A DNA stretch of 64,000 bases, from the sequence record MT596505.1; one strand, 5' to 3'. This DNA comes from Staphylococcus phage vB_SepM_BE08. Made by a program: the position numbers and the translations under genes. Of this stretch, positions 1 to 8,501 are shown piece by piece. The notes below the pieces were generated by a model, which did not search any database, was not told the origin of the DNA, and saw only the letters and a program-made list of their open reading frames with translations. The first letter of the stretch is position 1, and every line of letters begins with the position of its first letter.

Positions 1-1
1 A

Positions 2-277
<276 letters not shown>

Positions 278-297
278 TACTTATATTTTATAAATAA

Positions 298-328
298 AAG
301 CAAGAGTTTTTATCTCTTGCTTTTTAAA
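298..328. terminator. bidirectional rho-independent terminator (aagcaagag-tttttat-ctcttgctt + T-run)
   Basis: 9-bp perfect inverted repeat flanked by A/T runs between convergent ORFs. Confidence 0.6.
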
Positions 329-1737
329 TTATCTATTTTACTTTGCAATATATCTATTTCTTTTTGGTAATCTCTTATTTCAAATTCATAAGCTTCATAT
401 TCTATCTGATTTAATTTTTTTAATTTATTTATATACTCTCTTACAACTTTTTTATTTAATTTAGATTCTATAGATATTTCTTTTAAAGTTAAATTTTTTT
501 CATATAATTTTTTAACTAATAAAATATTATCTGTATCATAGAAAGAGTTTTTGAAAACATTAAACCAATTAACATCAGTATTATATAAAGAAGAGTTTTT
601 AATACTATTTTTAATGTATTCAAAGTCAGAAAGCTCAGCATTTATCTCTACATATTTAATACTATTATTAAGAACCGCGTCTTTTTTCTCTTTATCTACT
701 CTTTGTTGTTCCTCTAAAGTTAGTTTAAATCTAGCACCTTCTCTTAACTCTTTATAATGTTGAGCACCATGAACTTCTATTACACAATCTAAATTTGGTA
801 AATAGAAATCATACCTTCTTCTTTTTAAGAAATCAAAAGTCTTTTCTTGTATATAAGAAATACCTAACTCATCTAAGTAAGCTTTAACGACTTTTTCTGG
901 ATAACTTCTTTTTATATTAAATTTACTTTTGTTTTCTTTATTTTTACTTTTTAATTCCGCACAATAACCACAATTTTTTTGTACTCCATTTAAAAAATGG
1001 TCTACTCTAACCTTCTTAACTGTACCGCAAGTTAAACACTTAACTTTAAACATATTTCTTGTATTTATAGTACCATCCTTATTTATAAACTCTTCATTAA
1101 AATAATCAACTATCTCATAGTTATTATTTACTTCACCTATTAAATTTTTATTAGCATCAGAGTTCTTGTTAGCTAAATAAGATATATTACAAGTAAAGAA
1201 ATTATACTCATTATATAACCTATTTTTATTATCATGTTCTAATCTTATATAACCAATTTCTTTACCCTTATTATTATATTTAGTAAAATAGTCTAAGATA
1301 GTGACGTAACCCTTATAGTTATTAAATTCAAAGTAAACATCACAACCAATACTATTTTTTAAATCTACTTTACCATTATTTTTTAGCGGTAAGCTTTCAT
1401 AATACATCTTTCTTTTAGCTGATTCTTTACTGTGTCCTAATTTATCACCTACTATACTTTTAAGTGATACATTTAAAAAACTTTCTTTATTTATAACATA
1501 ATATTTATTATCATACTTTAATTTTAAACGAGCTTTTTTATTATCTTTAGTACTAGGTAAATATTCTTCTATTACTATATAACCTTTAACACCTATATAC
1601 TCAAAAGGAACTTCTGTATTATTACATTTTTTAAAATCATATACTTCTTTTCCAGATGGTTGTATTTTAGTAGGTACATTATTTAAGTCTATGTAACAAG
1701 GTTTATTATTTTTATATACTTTAATTATTTTATCCAT
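310..1737 (-). CDS. multi-domain endonuclease-like protein: beta-rich repeats, Cys4 zinc ribbon (CLTCG...CGYC), Vsr/PD-(D/E)XK-like motif (YDFYLP...IEVHGAQH), C-terminal HTH
   Basis: 475-aa ORF; SD AAGGAG 10 nt upstream of ATG at 1737; motif inspection. Confidence 0.55.
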   Translation of the reverse strand: MDKIIKVYKNNKPCYIDLNNVPTKIQPSGKEVYDFKKCNNTEVPFEYIGVKGYIVIEEYLPSTKDNKKARLKLKYDNKYYVINKESFLNVSLKSIVGDKLGHSKESAKRKMYYESLPLKNNGKVDLKNSIGCDVYFEFNNYKGYVTILDYFTKYNNKGKEIGYIRLEHDNKNRLYNEYNFFTCNISYLANKNSDANKNLIGEVNNNYEIVDYFNEEFINKDGTINTRNMFKVKCLTCGTVKKVRVDHFLNGVQKNCGYCAELKSKNKENKSKFNIKRSYPEKVVKAYLDELGISYIQEKTFDFLKRRRYDFYLPNLDCVIEVHGAQHYKELREGARFKLTLEEQQRVDKEKKDAVLNNSIKYVEINAELSDFEYIKNSIKNSSLYNTDVNWFNVFKNSFYDTDNILLVKKLYEKNLTLKEISIESKLNKKVVREYINKLKKLNQIEYEAYEFEIRDYQKEIDILQSKIDNLKSKR

Positions 1738-2045
1738 TTAATATTTCTCCTTATTATTTTTTATCCTAGGTATAGTATAATATAACAAAAATTAACGGGG
1801 AAGGGTATGAGTACATAAGAAAGTTATTTATTATTTTTTTTGTTGACTTTTGTAGATTATAGTTTATTTTTAAGGTGGTTTATAGGGAACCTGAGGTAGG
1901 TATACTAGGGTATTATTACACCCCTTGTTTATGGCAATTTATAACGGGGCGTATATATAAAAAAATTATACAATATCATAGATATATTAATTCACTCTTT
2001 AACTATTCCTTTTTATATTTATTTATAAAAATTTTTTTATTTTAT

Positions 2046-2088
2046 ATTTTTAAAAACAAAAAAATACAAAGGGAATTATTCCCCTTTG
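2046..2088 (-). terminator. rho-independent terminator after acidic-protein gene (caaaggg-aattatt-cccctttg then U-run on minus)
   Basis: hairpin overlapping stop codon followed by T-rich tract on transcribed strand. Confidence 0.55.
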
Positions 2089-2354
2089 TACTCTCTTACT
2101 AATATCTCTAGTTCTTCATCTTCTATTGTTTCTAAGTCTTCTAGTTGTTCATCTATTGAAGCATTTTCAATGCTTAACGCTTCTGTTAGCTCTTCATATG
2201 TTAAGCTCTCATTGATAGCTTCTAATCGTTCTCTAGACAATTCTTTCAGTTCTTCTAATAGTTCTGTTTGTCTTCTTTCTTCTTCTCTTTCTTGTTGCTC
2301 TTGTTCTCTCTCAGATTGTAAATACTCGATTTCATATTGTTCTAATGTTTTCAT
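2076..2354 (-). CDS. small highly acidic (Glu-rich) coiled-coil protein, early-gene class
   Basis: ORF with SD AAAGGAG and own consensus promoter upstream. Confidence 0.6.
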   Translation of the reverse strand: MKTLEQYEIEYLQSEREQEQQEREEERRQTELLEELKELSRERLEAINESLTYEELTEALSIENASIDEQLEDLETIEDEELEILVREYKGE

Positions 2355-2385
2355 TTAAATACAACTCCTTTGATTTGTTAATTAC

Positions 2386-2415
2386 ATTATAGCATTATAT
2401 GTTAGATATTGTCAA
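2386..2415 (-). promoter_or_regulatory. sigma-A-type promoter TTGACA-N18-TATAAT
   Basis: revcomp of tgtcaa at 2410-2415 and attata at 2386-2391. Confidence 0.6.
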
Positions 2416-2424
2416 CAGGTTTTT

Positions 2425-2562
2425 TTAATCTTTTTCAATAACATATTTAACAATGTTATTATCGAGTTTGTGCTCAATATCTACCATTGAACAGTTAGGA
2501 GTTACCTCTTCACGTGTGACTCTCACAGCCTCGTCAAGAGCTCTTTTTGTTTCCTCGTTCAT
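2425..2562 (-). CDS. unlisted small ORF (45 aa, MNEETKRALDEAVRVTREE...)
   Basis: ATG at 2562 preceded by SD AAAGGA; below ORF-track length cutoff. Confidence 0.4.
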   Translation of the reverse strand: MNEETKRALDEAVRVTREEVTPNCSMVDIEHKLDNNIVKYVIEKD

Positions 2563-2621
2563 TTGTATTCAATTCCTTTCTTTTCTTTAATATGAAGCTA
2601 TAAGGTGCCTTATAACTAATA

Positions 2622-2969
2622 CTAGAATTCTTCTACCTCTTCAACCATTTCAAAATATTGTTCTTGCTCTGCTGTTGGTTCTTGTCCTTGTTTTACTAAA
2701 ATCCAACCACTCTCTGGCACATGTTGAATCATTCCTGTTCTTTCATGTGCTTGTTTCCAAAAGTCTTCTGTGTATCTGTCTATATCGTCAAACAATACCT
2801 CAATTATACGATGGTCTTCTGTACGACAACCGTCATAAAACATGCCACTGATTAAAGTACCATCATCTAAGATGTAAATTGCTTCATCTAAATTCTCTGT
2901 AGTTTCTACGCCTTCCGCTTCAAATAGTTCAATAATTTCTTCATTTGTTAATGTTCTCATTACTAACAA
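2622..2969 (-). CDS. small acidic hypothetical protein (early-gene class)
   Basis: ORF with SD GGGAG and consensus promoter. Confidence 0.6.
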   Translation of the reverse strand: MLVMRTLTNEEIIELFEAEGVETTENLDEAIYILDDGTLISGMFYDGCRTEDHRIIEVLFDDIDRYTEDFWKQAHERTGMIQHVPESGWILVKQGQEPTAEQEQYFEMVEEVEEF

Positions 2970-2990
2970 CTCCCTTTTCTTTATATATCT

Positions 2991-3019
2991 ATAATAACAT
3001 GATATATAAATGTTGTCAA
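2991..3019 (-). promoter_or_regulatory. sigma-A-type promoter TTGACA-N17-TATTAT
   Basis: tgtcaa 3014-3019, ataata 2991-2996 (plus coords). Confidence 0.6.
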
Positions 3020-3049
3020 CACTTTTTTATTTAAAATATTAAACGGAAA

Positions 3050-3334
3050 TTATTCCGCTTCTTCTTGCATAGCAATAAAATCATTATATTTTTCTTCATT
3101 ATCTGTATAAGTAATTATCAAATCTGAAGACCATTCATTTAAATAAACCTCTTCAATAATTGCATATTTACGAACGATACGACCAAATTTTATTTTTTCT
3201 TGGCTATTGTCTATTGTGAATTCATCCGCAAGTGAGCCGATGAATCTATTAACCTCTAACCCCCAATCTGAACATTGTTCAACTAAATTTTCCGCAATTT
3301 CTAGTGTAATTTGTTTCTTAATATCTTTTTTCAT
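3050..3334 (-). CDS. small acidic hypothetical protein
   Basis: ORF, SD AAAGGA, own promoter. Confidence 0.6.
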   Translation of the reverse strand: MKKDIKKQITLEIAENLVEQCSDWGLEVNRFIGSLADEFTIDNSQEKIKFGRIVRKYAIIEEVYLNEWSSDLIITYTDNEEKYNDFIAMQEEAE

Positions 3335-3366
3335 TTGTAATAATTCCTTTCTTAACTTTCTATAAT

Positions 3367-3395
3367 TATAATATCATGTTATAGTTACGTTGTCA
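3367..3395 (-). promoter_or_regulatory. sigma-A-type promoter TTGACA-N17-TATTAT
   Basis: tgtcaa 3390-3395. Confidence 0.6.
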
Positions 3396-3406
3396 ATAGT
3401 TTTTTT

Positions 3407-3670
3407 TTAAATTTCTAAATATCTTTTTTTGTCTGTATCTGGGTTGTGAATTTCAATTTTTAAAGTTGTATCATTATTAAATACTGAGCAAATTGTTTCA
3501 TTATCTAAATTCATTAATTTGTTGTTAATTACATAATCAAAAATTTCATCCATTAGTTTATCTTCTTTTTCAGTGTTTGGCTTATCTTCATATAAATCCT
3601 TACCATCGTTAAAGTTTTCAATATCCATAAAGTTATAGTTTGATAAAAATTCATTTTTGAAATTTGTCAT
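3407..3670 (-). CDS. small acidic hypothetical protein (start re-assigned to internal ATG; track start is a TTG lying in the -35 box)
   Basis: SD GAGAGGAATTGATTACT-ATG at 3670; TTGACA at 3731-3736 is the promoter. Confidence 0.5.
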   Translation of the reverse strand: MTNFKNEFLSNYNFMDIENFNDGKDLYEDKPNTEKEDKLMDEIFDYVINNKLMNLDNETICSVFNNDTTLKIEIHNPDTDKKRYLEI

Positions 3671-3707
3671 AGTAATCAATTCCTCTCTTGTTTTAATTTC
3701 TATATTT

Positions 3708-3736
3708 ATATTAACATGTATTATGTAAGGTGTCAA
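3708..3736 (-). promoter_or_regulatory. proximal promoter P2 TTGACA-N17-TAATAT
   Basis: tgtcaa 3731-3736. Confidence 0.6.
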
Positions 3737-3799
3737 TACCTTTTTTTATTTTTTTCTGTAAGGTGTGGGAGTTTTCCGCTCCCTTAACCTTACATCTTT

Positions 3800-3828
3800 A
3801 TATTATCATAGTTTCAAATTACTGTCAA
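3800..3828 (-). promoter_or_regulatory. distal tandem promoter P1 TTGACA-N17-TAATAT, separated from P2 by hairpin tgtaaggt...accttaca
   Basis: tgtcaa 3823-3828; conserved hairpin 3760-3797. Confidence 0.5.
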
Positions 3829-3843
3829 TAGTTTTTTTAAAAT

Positions 3844-4182
3844 TTATTCTACAAATTCTATAGGCTCAATTTCCCCGTCTTCTAGTAGTTCATTGTAGCG
3901 TTCTACAATTTCATTGTAATTGTCTTTCAATAGTTCTTTATAGTCTAGGTTGTCTAAGCTGTCTAAGTTACCGTAAACGTTAATCGTGAAATAATCATCA
4001 TTCCAATCAAACTCTCCAAAGTGTGCCATTCTTAAGATTTCAGTAACTGATGTGTCTACTAAAATATCGTCTAGTTCATCCATTGGATTATAGTCAAATT
4101 CTTCTAAACTGTCATCCCATGCGTTAACCTCTCTTACGATTTCTTTTAATTGTTCTACTGTGTATTTTTTCATTTTAATCAA
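3844..4182 (-). CDS. small acidic hypothetical protein
   Basis: ORF; leader AAAGGAATTGATTAAA-ATG. Confidence 0.6.
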   Translation of the reverse strand: MIKMKKYTVEQLKEIVREVNAWDDSLEEFDYNPMDELDDILVDTSVTEILRMAHFGEFDWNDDYFTINVYGNLDSLDNLDYKELLKDNYNEIVERYNELLEDGEIEPIEFVE

Positions 4183-4213
4183 TTCCTTTTCTTTGTTTTT
4201 GTTTTTCTTTCTA

Positions 4214-4247
4214 TAATTATAATACCATGTGCTTTAGTTTCTGTCAA
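4214..4247 (-). promoter_or_regulatory. promoter P2 TTGACA-N17-TATTAT
   Basis: tgtcaa 4242-4247. Confidence 0.55.
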
Positions 4248-4303
4248 TACTTTTTTTAAAGTTTTTTTTATTTTTTTCTGTAAGGTGTTTCCTTAACCTT
4301 ACA

Positions 4304-4337
4304 ACTATATAATATCAAATAGTGAAGAGATTGTCAA
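4304..4337 (-). promoter_or_regulatory. distal promoter P1 TTGACA-N17-TATTAT with conserved hairpin downstream
   Basis: tgtcaa 4332-4337; hairpin 4277-4303. Confidence 0.5.
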
Positions 4338-4339
4338 CA

Positions 4340-4486
4340 CTATTTGATAAAAATATTTATACTATCTTGAATACTAATCAAGTAATCAAGAGTAGTTATA
4401 ATAGTTGTGCCACCTACTAAGGTAACCAAAGCGTCAGTTAATTCTGTGCTTTTATATGATTTGTTTTTATATTTAAATTTAATCAT
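4340..4486 (-). CDS. unlisted small ORF (~48 aa, MIKFKYKNKSYKSTELTDALVTLVGG...)
   Basis: ATG 4 nt after stop of upstream gene; SD AAGGAG 8 nt upstream. Confidence 0.4.
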   Translation of the reverse strand: MIKFKYKNKSYKSTELTDALVTLVGGTTIITTLDYLISIQDSINIFIK

Positions 4487-4489
4487 TTT

Positions 4490-4738
4490 TTAAGCTCCTT
4501 TTTTTATATATTTTGTTTTATTATCATTAAGAATAAGTTTAACACATTTAGGAGTAGTAGATATTTCTTTTGTTCCTGTGCCATATAGATTTAAACATGA
4601 TAAATTTATTTTATAGAACAAATCATCACATTCTTCAATGTTAGACCATTGAGAAACATCAGGTGTTATAGTTCCCTGCTCTTTAATTCTTTCGTATGTG
4701 TCGGCTATATAGTTTTTATAATTATTCATTTGTAACAA
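4490..4738 (-). CDS. hypothetical protein
   Basis: ORF; leader AAAGGAATTGTTACAA-ATG; promoter tgtcaa 4787-4792. Confidence 0.6.
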   Translation of the reverse strand: MLQMNNYKNYIADTYERIKEQGTITPDVSQWSNIEECDDLFYKINLSCLNLYGTGTKEISTTPKCVKLILNDNKTKYIKKGA

Positions 4739-4802
4739 TTCCTTTCTTTATTTGTTAAGTTAATAATAACATGTGTTGGGGTTGAGTGTCAACCCCTTTA
4801 TT

Positions 4803-4958
4803 TAATTTTTATTTTTGTAACTCTTCTAGTTCTTTTTTAGCTTTCTTAATCTCTCTTCTTGCTTCCGCTTCTTCTTTCTTAGTAAGGTCTTGGAATTCCA
4901 ATTCCATTTCTAAGTTCTCGATAATGCTTTCTAGTTCTAATTCTCTCATTTGTAACAA
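4803..4958 (-). CDS. unlisted small Glu/Lys-rich coiled-coil ORF (51 aa, MRELELESIIENLEMELEF...)
   Basis: Same leader as neighbour (45-bp direct repeat 4732-4776 and 4952-4996); promoter tgtcaa 5006-5011; plus ORF 4786..4983 is antisense artefact. Confidence 0.5.
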
Positions 4959-5032
4959 TTCCTTTCTTTATTTGTTAAGTTAATAATATCATAAAGGCTT
5001 GAGAGTGTCAAGCCTTTATTTAATTTTTTTAT

Positions 5033-5152
5033 TGTGGAAATCTTCCAGTATCTTCTAGCGTTTCATTACCTTTGAACGTTGGGTAATATTCTAATTCTTC
5101 CACCCATTCGTTAAATTCTACACTATCTAATAATTGGTCTAAATTCATTTCT
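5033..5152 (-). CDS. unlisted small acidic ORF (39 aa, MNLDQLLDSVEFNEWVEELEYY...)
   Basis: leader AAAGGAATTGATAGAA-ATG; promoter tgtcaa 5209-5214 TTGACA-N17-TAATAT. Confidence 0.45.
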
Positions 5153-5324
5153 ATCAATTCCTTTTCTGTTTGATTTGTTATCTTTATATTAACATGTAAG
5201 TTTCAGATTGTCAACACATTTTATTAATTTTTTTATTTCTTTTTTTTTGTGTTGTTCCCTGTTCCTTACAAATACTATTATATCAAATATACTATATAAG
5301 TCAATAGTTTTTTAAAAGAAAAAA

Positions 5325-5382
5325 GTGTAAAATTTACCTATTGACAAATGGTAGTTTTTAATATATAATAGAAGTGATGACC
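5325..5382 (+). promoter_or_regulatory. conserved plus-strand promoter element GTGTAAAATTnnCCTATTGACA-N17-TATAAT-aGAAGTGATGAC (copy 1)
   Basis: TTGACA 5341-5346, TATAAT 5364-5369; near-identical copy at 8169-8226. Confidence 0.5.
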
Positions 5383-5617
5383 TTTTTTAGTATAAGAATA
5401 AAATTAAATAATTTTTTTATTTAATAAAAATTAGGTTAGGTCTTTCCTGTTACCCCTCTTGGGCAACTCTGGTATCTCTACAATTATTATTATACAGTAG
5501 TAAGCAAATAAAGTCAATAGATATTTAAAAGAAATTTTACACCTTAAATTTTAATATATAAAAAATGAATATAAATTTAAACAAACAAAATAACCTAGGA
5601 ATTTAATCCTAGGTTAT
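5370..5617 (+). ncRNA. candidate ORF-less plus-strand transcript between consensus promoter and CTAGGAATTTAATCCTAG terminator hairpin
   Basis: no ORF with RBS in 245 nt; antisense orientation relative to flanking genes. Confidence 0.2.
5593..5616. terminator. bidirectional terminator hairpin aacctaggaatttaatcctaggtt (family copy 1 of 3)
   Basis: perfect palindrome with U-runs on both strands; immediately after stop of 5630..6199. Confidence 0.6.
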
Positions 5618-5629
5618 TCTATAACTTTT

Positions 5630-6199
5630 TTAATTATTTTCATTGAATTCTTTAAATAATTCTAATTGATTATTTTTAAAATCAGTTATATATTTATAAC
5701 CTTTTCTAACTGCTTTTAAATCTTTAAACATATAATATAAACTGTCTTGTAATTCTTCAAATTCTGCTTGCAAGTCGTCTTGCAAGTCTTCTATATCGTC
5801 ATTCAAGTTACTGTAATATTCTTCAAAGTTATCTGATAGGAATACGTCTTCAAGCTCATTTAATCCATAGCCTAGAACGTCAAATATATCTTCATTGTCT
5901 TGTACGTCAAATAATTCAAAGTCAGTCATTACGCTTTTAGGTACGATTTTGAATGATGAAGTTGTTCCTAGTTGTTCTGTTTCTAACCCATTGTCTTTTA
6001 GGTATTCTGTAAATTCATCAAATTCAAGCTCACAGAAGCTATTAAACATTCTCATATCTTCTTCAGTTTCTAAAGTGAAAGCAACATCATGAAGCTTCAC
6101 ATTTGTATAGCCTAGCTTTTCTACATGTTTTTTAATATTCATAAATTGTTTATTTAATTTTTCTGTTTCTTTTTTAATTTCATTATATAGTTTTTTCAT
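5630..6199 (-). CDS. acidic hypothetical protein (189 aa)
   Basis: ORF; leader GAAGGGAACTGATTTAA-ATG; promoter tgtcaa 6294-6299 TTGACA-N17-TATTAT. Confidence 0.6.
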   Translation of the reverse strand: MKKLYNEIKKETEKLNKQFMNIKKHVEKLGYTNVKLHDVAFTLETEEDMRMFNSFCELEFDEFTEYLKDNGLETEQLGTTSSFKIVPKSVMTDFELFDVQDNEDIFDVLGYGLNELEDVFLSDNFEEYYSNLNDDIEDLQDDLQAEFEELQDSLYYMFKDLKAVRKGYKYITDFKNNQLELFKEFNENN

Positions 6200-6303
6200 T
6201 TAAATCAGTTCCCTTCAAATTCTATAATTTTTTTATTTGCTTTAGGTCATTTCCTTAACCTTGTGTCTTAATAATAACATGTTGTGTTTAAGTTGTCAAT
6301 AGT

Positions 6304-6433
6304 TATTTTGAATATTTTACAATTTTATTTGCTTTCAAAAATGTAACATCTTGACGGTAGTTTTTTAATTCTTCTGCAAAATTTTCATTATTTTTCATAC
6401 CGATTAATTTTAAAGTTGTTGTAATTTTTTTCA
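6304..6433 (-). CDS. unlisted small ORF (~43 aa, MKKITTTLKLIGMKNNENFAEELKNYRQDV...)
   Basis: leader GAAGGGAATTGATTTAA-ATG, ~50-bp duplicate of leader at 6190-6250; promoter tgtcaa 6547-6552. Confidence 0.45.
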
Positions 6434-6984
6434 TTTAAATCAATTCCCTTCAAATTCTATAATTTTTTTATTTAATTTCTTTAGGTTAGAAGCGGTTGAC
6501 CGCTTCCTTAACCTTACAATTATATAATATCATAGTTTCAAGTGACTGTCAACACTTTTTAAAAAATTAATTCTTTTTCTTTTTTACTATCCATATACAT
6601 TTTTATTTCACAACATAACCAAAGTGTTATCATTTGTAACAACCCCTAATTAATAATTTTTTTATATAATTCTTGTAAGGTTTGTTATTTCTTTCCCTTA
6701 CAACTATTATATTACTACACATTAAAACCAATTGCAACCCCTAAATGCAAATTTTTTTAAGAAAAAAAATAATAAAAAAGTTGGTAAAACCCCTTTACAA
6801 ATACCGTAGAATTTGTTATTCTATATATAGAAAGAAAGCGGTGACCTGCATCCATGTCCGCTATATAAATGAAGTTGTAGGGGGAAAGACCAACCCTAAA
6901 CCTTTTTATATAAAAAAGTTATTTAATTTTATTTTTATATTAAAAAAAGATTCCCACTCTATTATAGCATTTTTAATATAATAT

Positions 6985-6990
6985 TGTCAA
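6985..6990 (-). promoter_or_regulatory. -35 box of minus-strand promoter TTGACA-N18-TATAAT driving an ORF-poor segment (6730-6960)
   Basis: tgtcaa 6985-6990; tataat revcomp 18 nt downstream. Confidence 0.4.
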
Positions 6991-7054
6991 GTGTTAATTT
7001 TACACCTTTATTTTTATTATATAATTTTTTTATATAAATTTAAAAAATAAAAAA

Positions 7055-7074
7055 CCTAGGAATTTAATCCTAGG
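7055..7074. terminator. terminator hairpin cctaggaatttaatcctagg (family copy 2)
   Basis: identical palindrome to 5593-5616. Confidence 0.5.
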
Positions 7075-7122
7075 CTTAATATTATTTAATATAATTTTTT
7101 TTTATTTAATTCAGAAGCGGTA

Positions 7123-7404
7123 TTATTTAACCGCTTCTATTTCCTTAACTGTTTCTAGTGCCCATTTGATAGTTTCTTCAATGTTGTAGCTTTGGAACAC
7201 TACACCGCCACCGAACCATTTGGCAGTGTACTTTTTAAAACCGTATAGCTTGTTAATATCGTCATAATCCCAAAGGCTAATACCTAGGTCGCTAAAGTGT
7301 ACTACATATCTAGGGTTTCCGTTATTATCATTTTCAATTCTGAACACTGTAATCTCGTTTCCATTTACTGTCACTGTTTCTTCATATTTAAAATTCTTTT
7401 TCAT
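7123..7404 (-). CDS. hypothetical protein (93 aa)
   Basis: ORF; leader AAAAGGATTTGATTTAA-ATG; promoter tgtcaa 7499-7504 TTGACA-N17-TAATAT; GAAGCGGT hairpin over stop. Confidence 0.6.
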   Translation of the reverse strand: MKKNFKYEETVTVNGNEITVFRIENDNNGNPRYVVHFSDLGISLWDYDDINKLYGFKKYTAKWFGGGVVFQSYNIEETIKWALETVKEIEAVK

Positions 7405-7607
7405 TTAAATCAAATCCTTTTCTATATATTTTTTATTAAATTTCTATTCCGTGTGCTTGATTACCTTACATCTTTATATTACCATGTATCTTATAAGCTG
7501 TCAACACCTTTTTTTAATTTTTTTATTTTTTTTCTTGTTGTTGTTGTTTCCTTTTCCCTTACAAGTATTATTATAGCAAATAGGGGTTTTGATTGCAACC
7601 CCTAATT

Positions 7608-7916
7608 TTAAATTATTTCATCAAAAACAATTTCCCCGTTATCAATAACGATAACGCCACCTTGTACAATAAAGAAAGTTAACCCTTTATATTCCCGTGC
7701 TATTCCGTAATCATAAGGCGTTTTACCAAATAGCTTATTTCTTTTATAAAAAGTAATATCTTCACTATATAAGCCACTAGGTACATGTACAGTCAATTCT
7801 GGATGCCAACCTGTACCCCCTAAATCGTTTCGGTATAAGTTTTTGGACTTATAACCATCATAACCAAATGTTTCCATTATATTATTTGCAATTAATTCTA
7901 TATTATTTTTATACAA
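7608..7916 (-). CDS. hypothetical protein; start re-assigned to TTG 10 nt after AAAGGA (track start has 1-nt SD spacing)
   Basis: leader AAAGGAATTGATAATA-TTG matches family leader; aggggtt...aacccct hairpin after stop. Confidence 0.45.
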   Translation of the reverse strand: MYKNNIELIANNIMETFGYDGYKSKNLYRNDLGGTGWHPELTVHVPSGLYSEDITFYKRNKLFGKTPYDYGIAREYKGLTFFIVQGGVIVIDNGEIVFDEII

Positions 7917-8168
7917 TATTATCAATTCCTTTCTGTGAATTACTGTAATTATATATTACCATTTATCTTATGATTAATCAATAGATTTACATGAATTTAT
8001 TTAAATTTTTTTATTGGTCTGTTTTCTACTATTATATGAAGAAACTGGAAAATAGGTTAAAATAAAATTAGATTGTGTACAACAAGATCTCACCATAAAA
8101 AAATTATTCTATAAAAAAATTATAGAAATATAATGTACCTGTCATGATCCATTTATAAACAGAAATAA

Positions 8169-8226
8169 GGTGTAAAATTGCCTATTGATTTTGAACATGG
8201 TTTATTATATAATGGAAGTGATGACT
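8169..8226 (+). promoter_or_regulatory. conserved plus-strand promoter element copy 2 (TTGATT-N17-TATAAT-GGAAGTGATGAC)
   Basis: ttgatt 8185-8190, tataat 8208-8213; homologous to 5325-5382. Confidence 0.5.
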
Positions 8227-8501
8227 ATCTTTAAGTTAATAAATATATTATATAAAAAAATTATATAATACCCTTTTTTTATAACCCACCCACCACTCCA
8301 ATTATTATGTTAAGGCATTTTTGCCAATTTGTCAAGAGGTAAATTTTACACTTTTTTCTTTTGTAAATAGTGTAAAATTGCCCTAAAAACTTTTAAAATT
8401 ATATTTACAAATACGGTAATATGCTGTAATATATTAAGTGTAGTAAGCAAGGGAAACAAATTCCCACTACAAATATTATATAAAAAAGGAATTGATTAAA
8501 A

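Noticed and set aside
551-757. Plus-strand ORFs inside or antisense to minus-strand genes (551..757, 1875..2102, 2086..2358, 4786..4983, 5895..6092, 7297..7605, 17307..17498, 17947..18135, 21319..21519, 21574..21765, 24592..24792, 24911..25093, 29314..29616, 32349..32573, 38305..38673, 43570..43761, 47805..47999, 48378..48605, 49941..50201, 50379..50639, 52582..52770, 56566..56796, 56829..57062, 57867..58148, 59866..60066, 60631..60822, 62218..62460, 63152..63343)
   Set aside because: Low-complexity Ser/Leu/Phe-rich translations typical of antisense frames in AT-rich DNA; no RBS; overlap well-supported genes.
3671-3736. ORF-track starts using TTG/GTG that fall in promoter boxes or lack an SD (3736, 7925, 9987, 47654, 51199, 55458)
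   Set aside because: The apparent start codons are the TTGACA -35 box (3736) or have 0-2 nt SD spacing; internal ATGs with proper SD were chosen instead; 47654 is inside polymerase exon 2, which extends upstream to 47798.
6745-6981. Plus-strand Lys/Arg-rich 78-aa ORF
   Set aside because: No RBS, opposite to local transcription; region more likely a noncoding minus-strand transcript.
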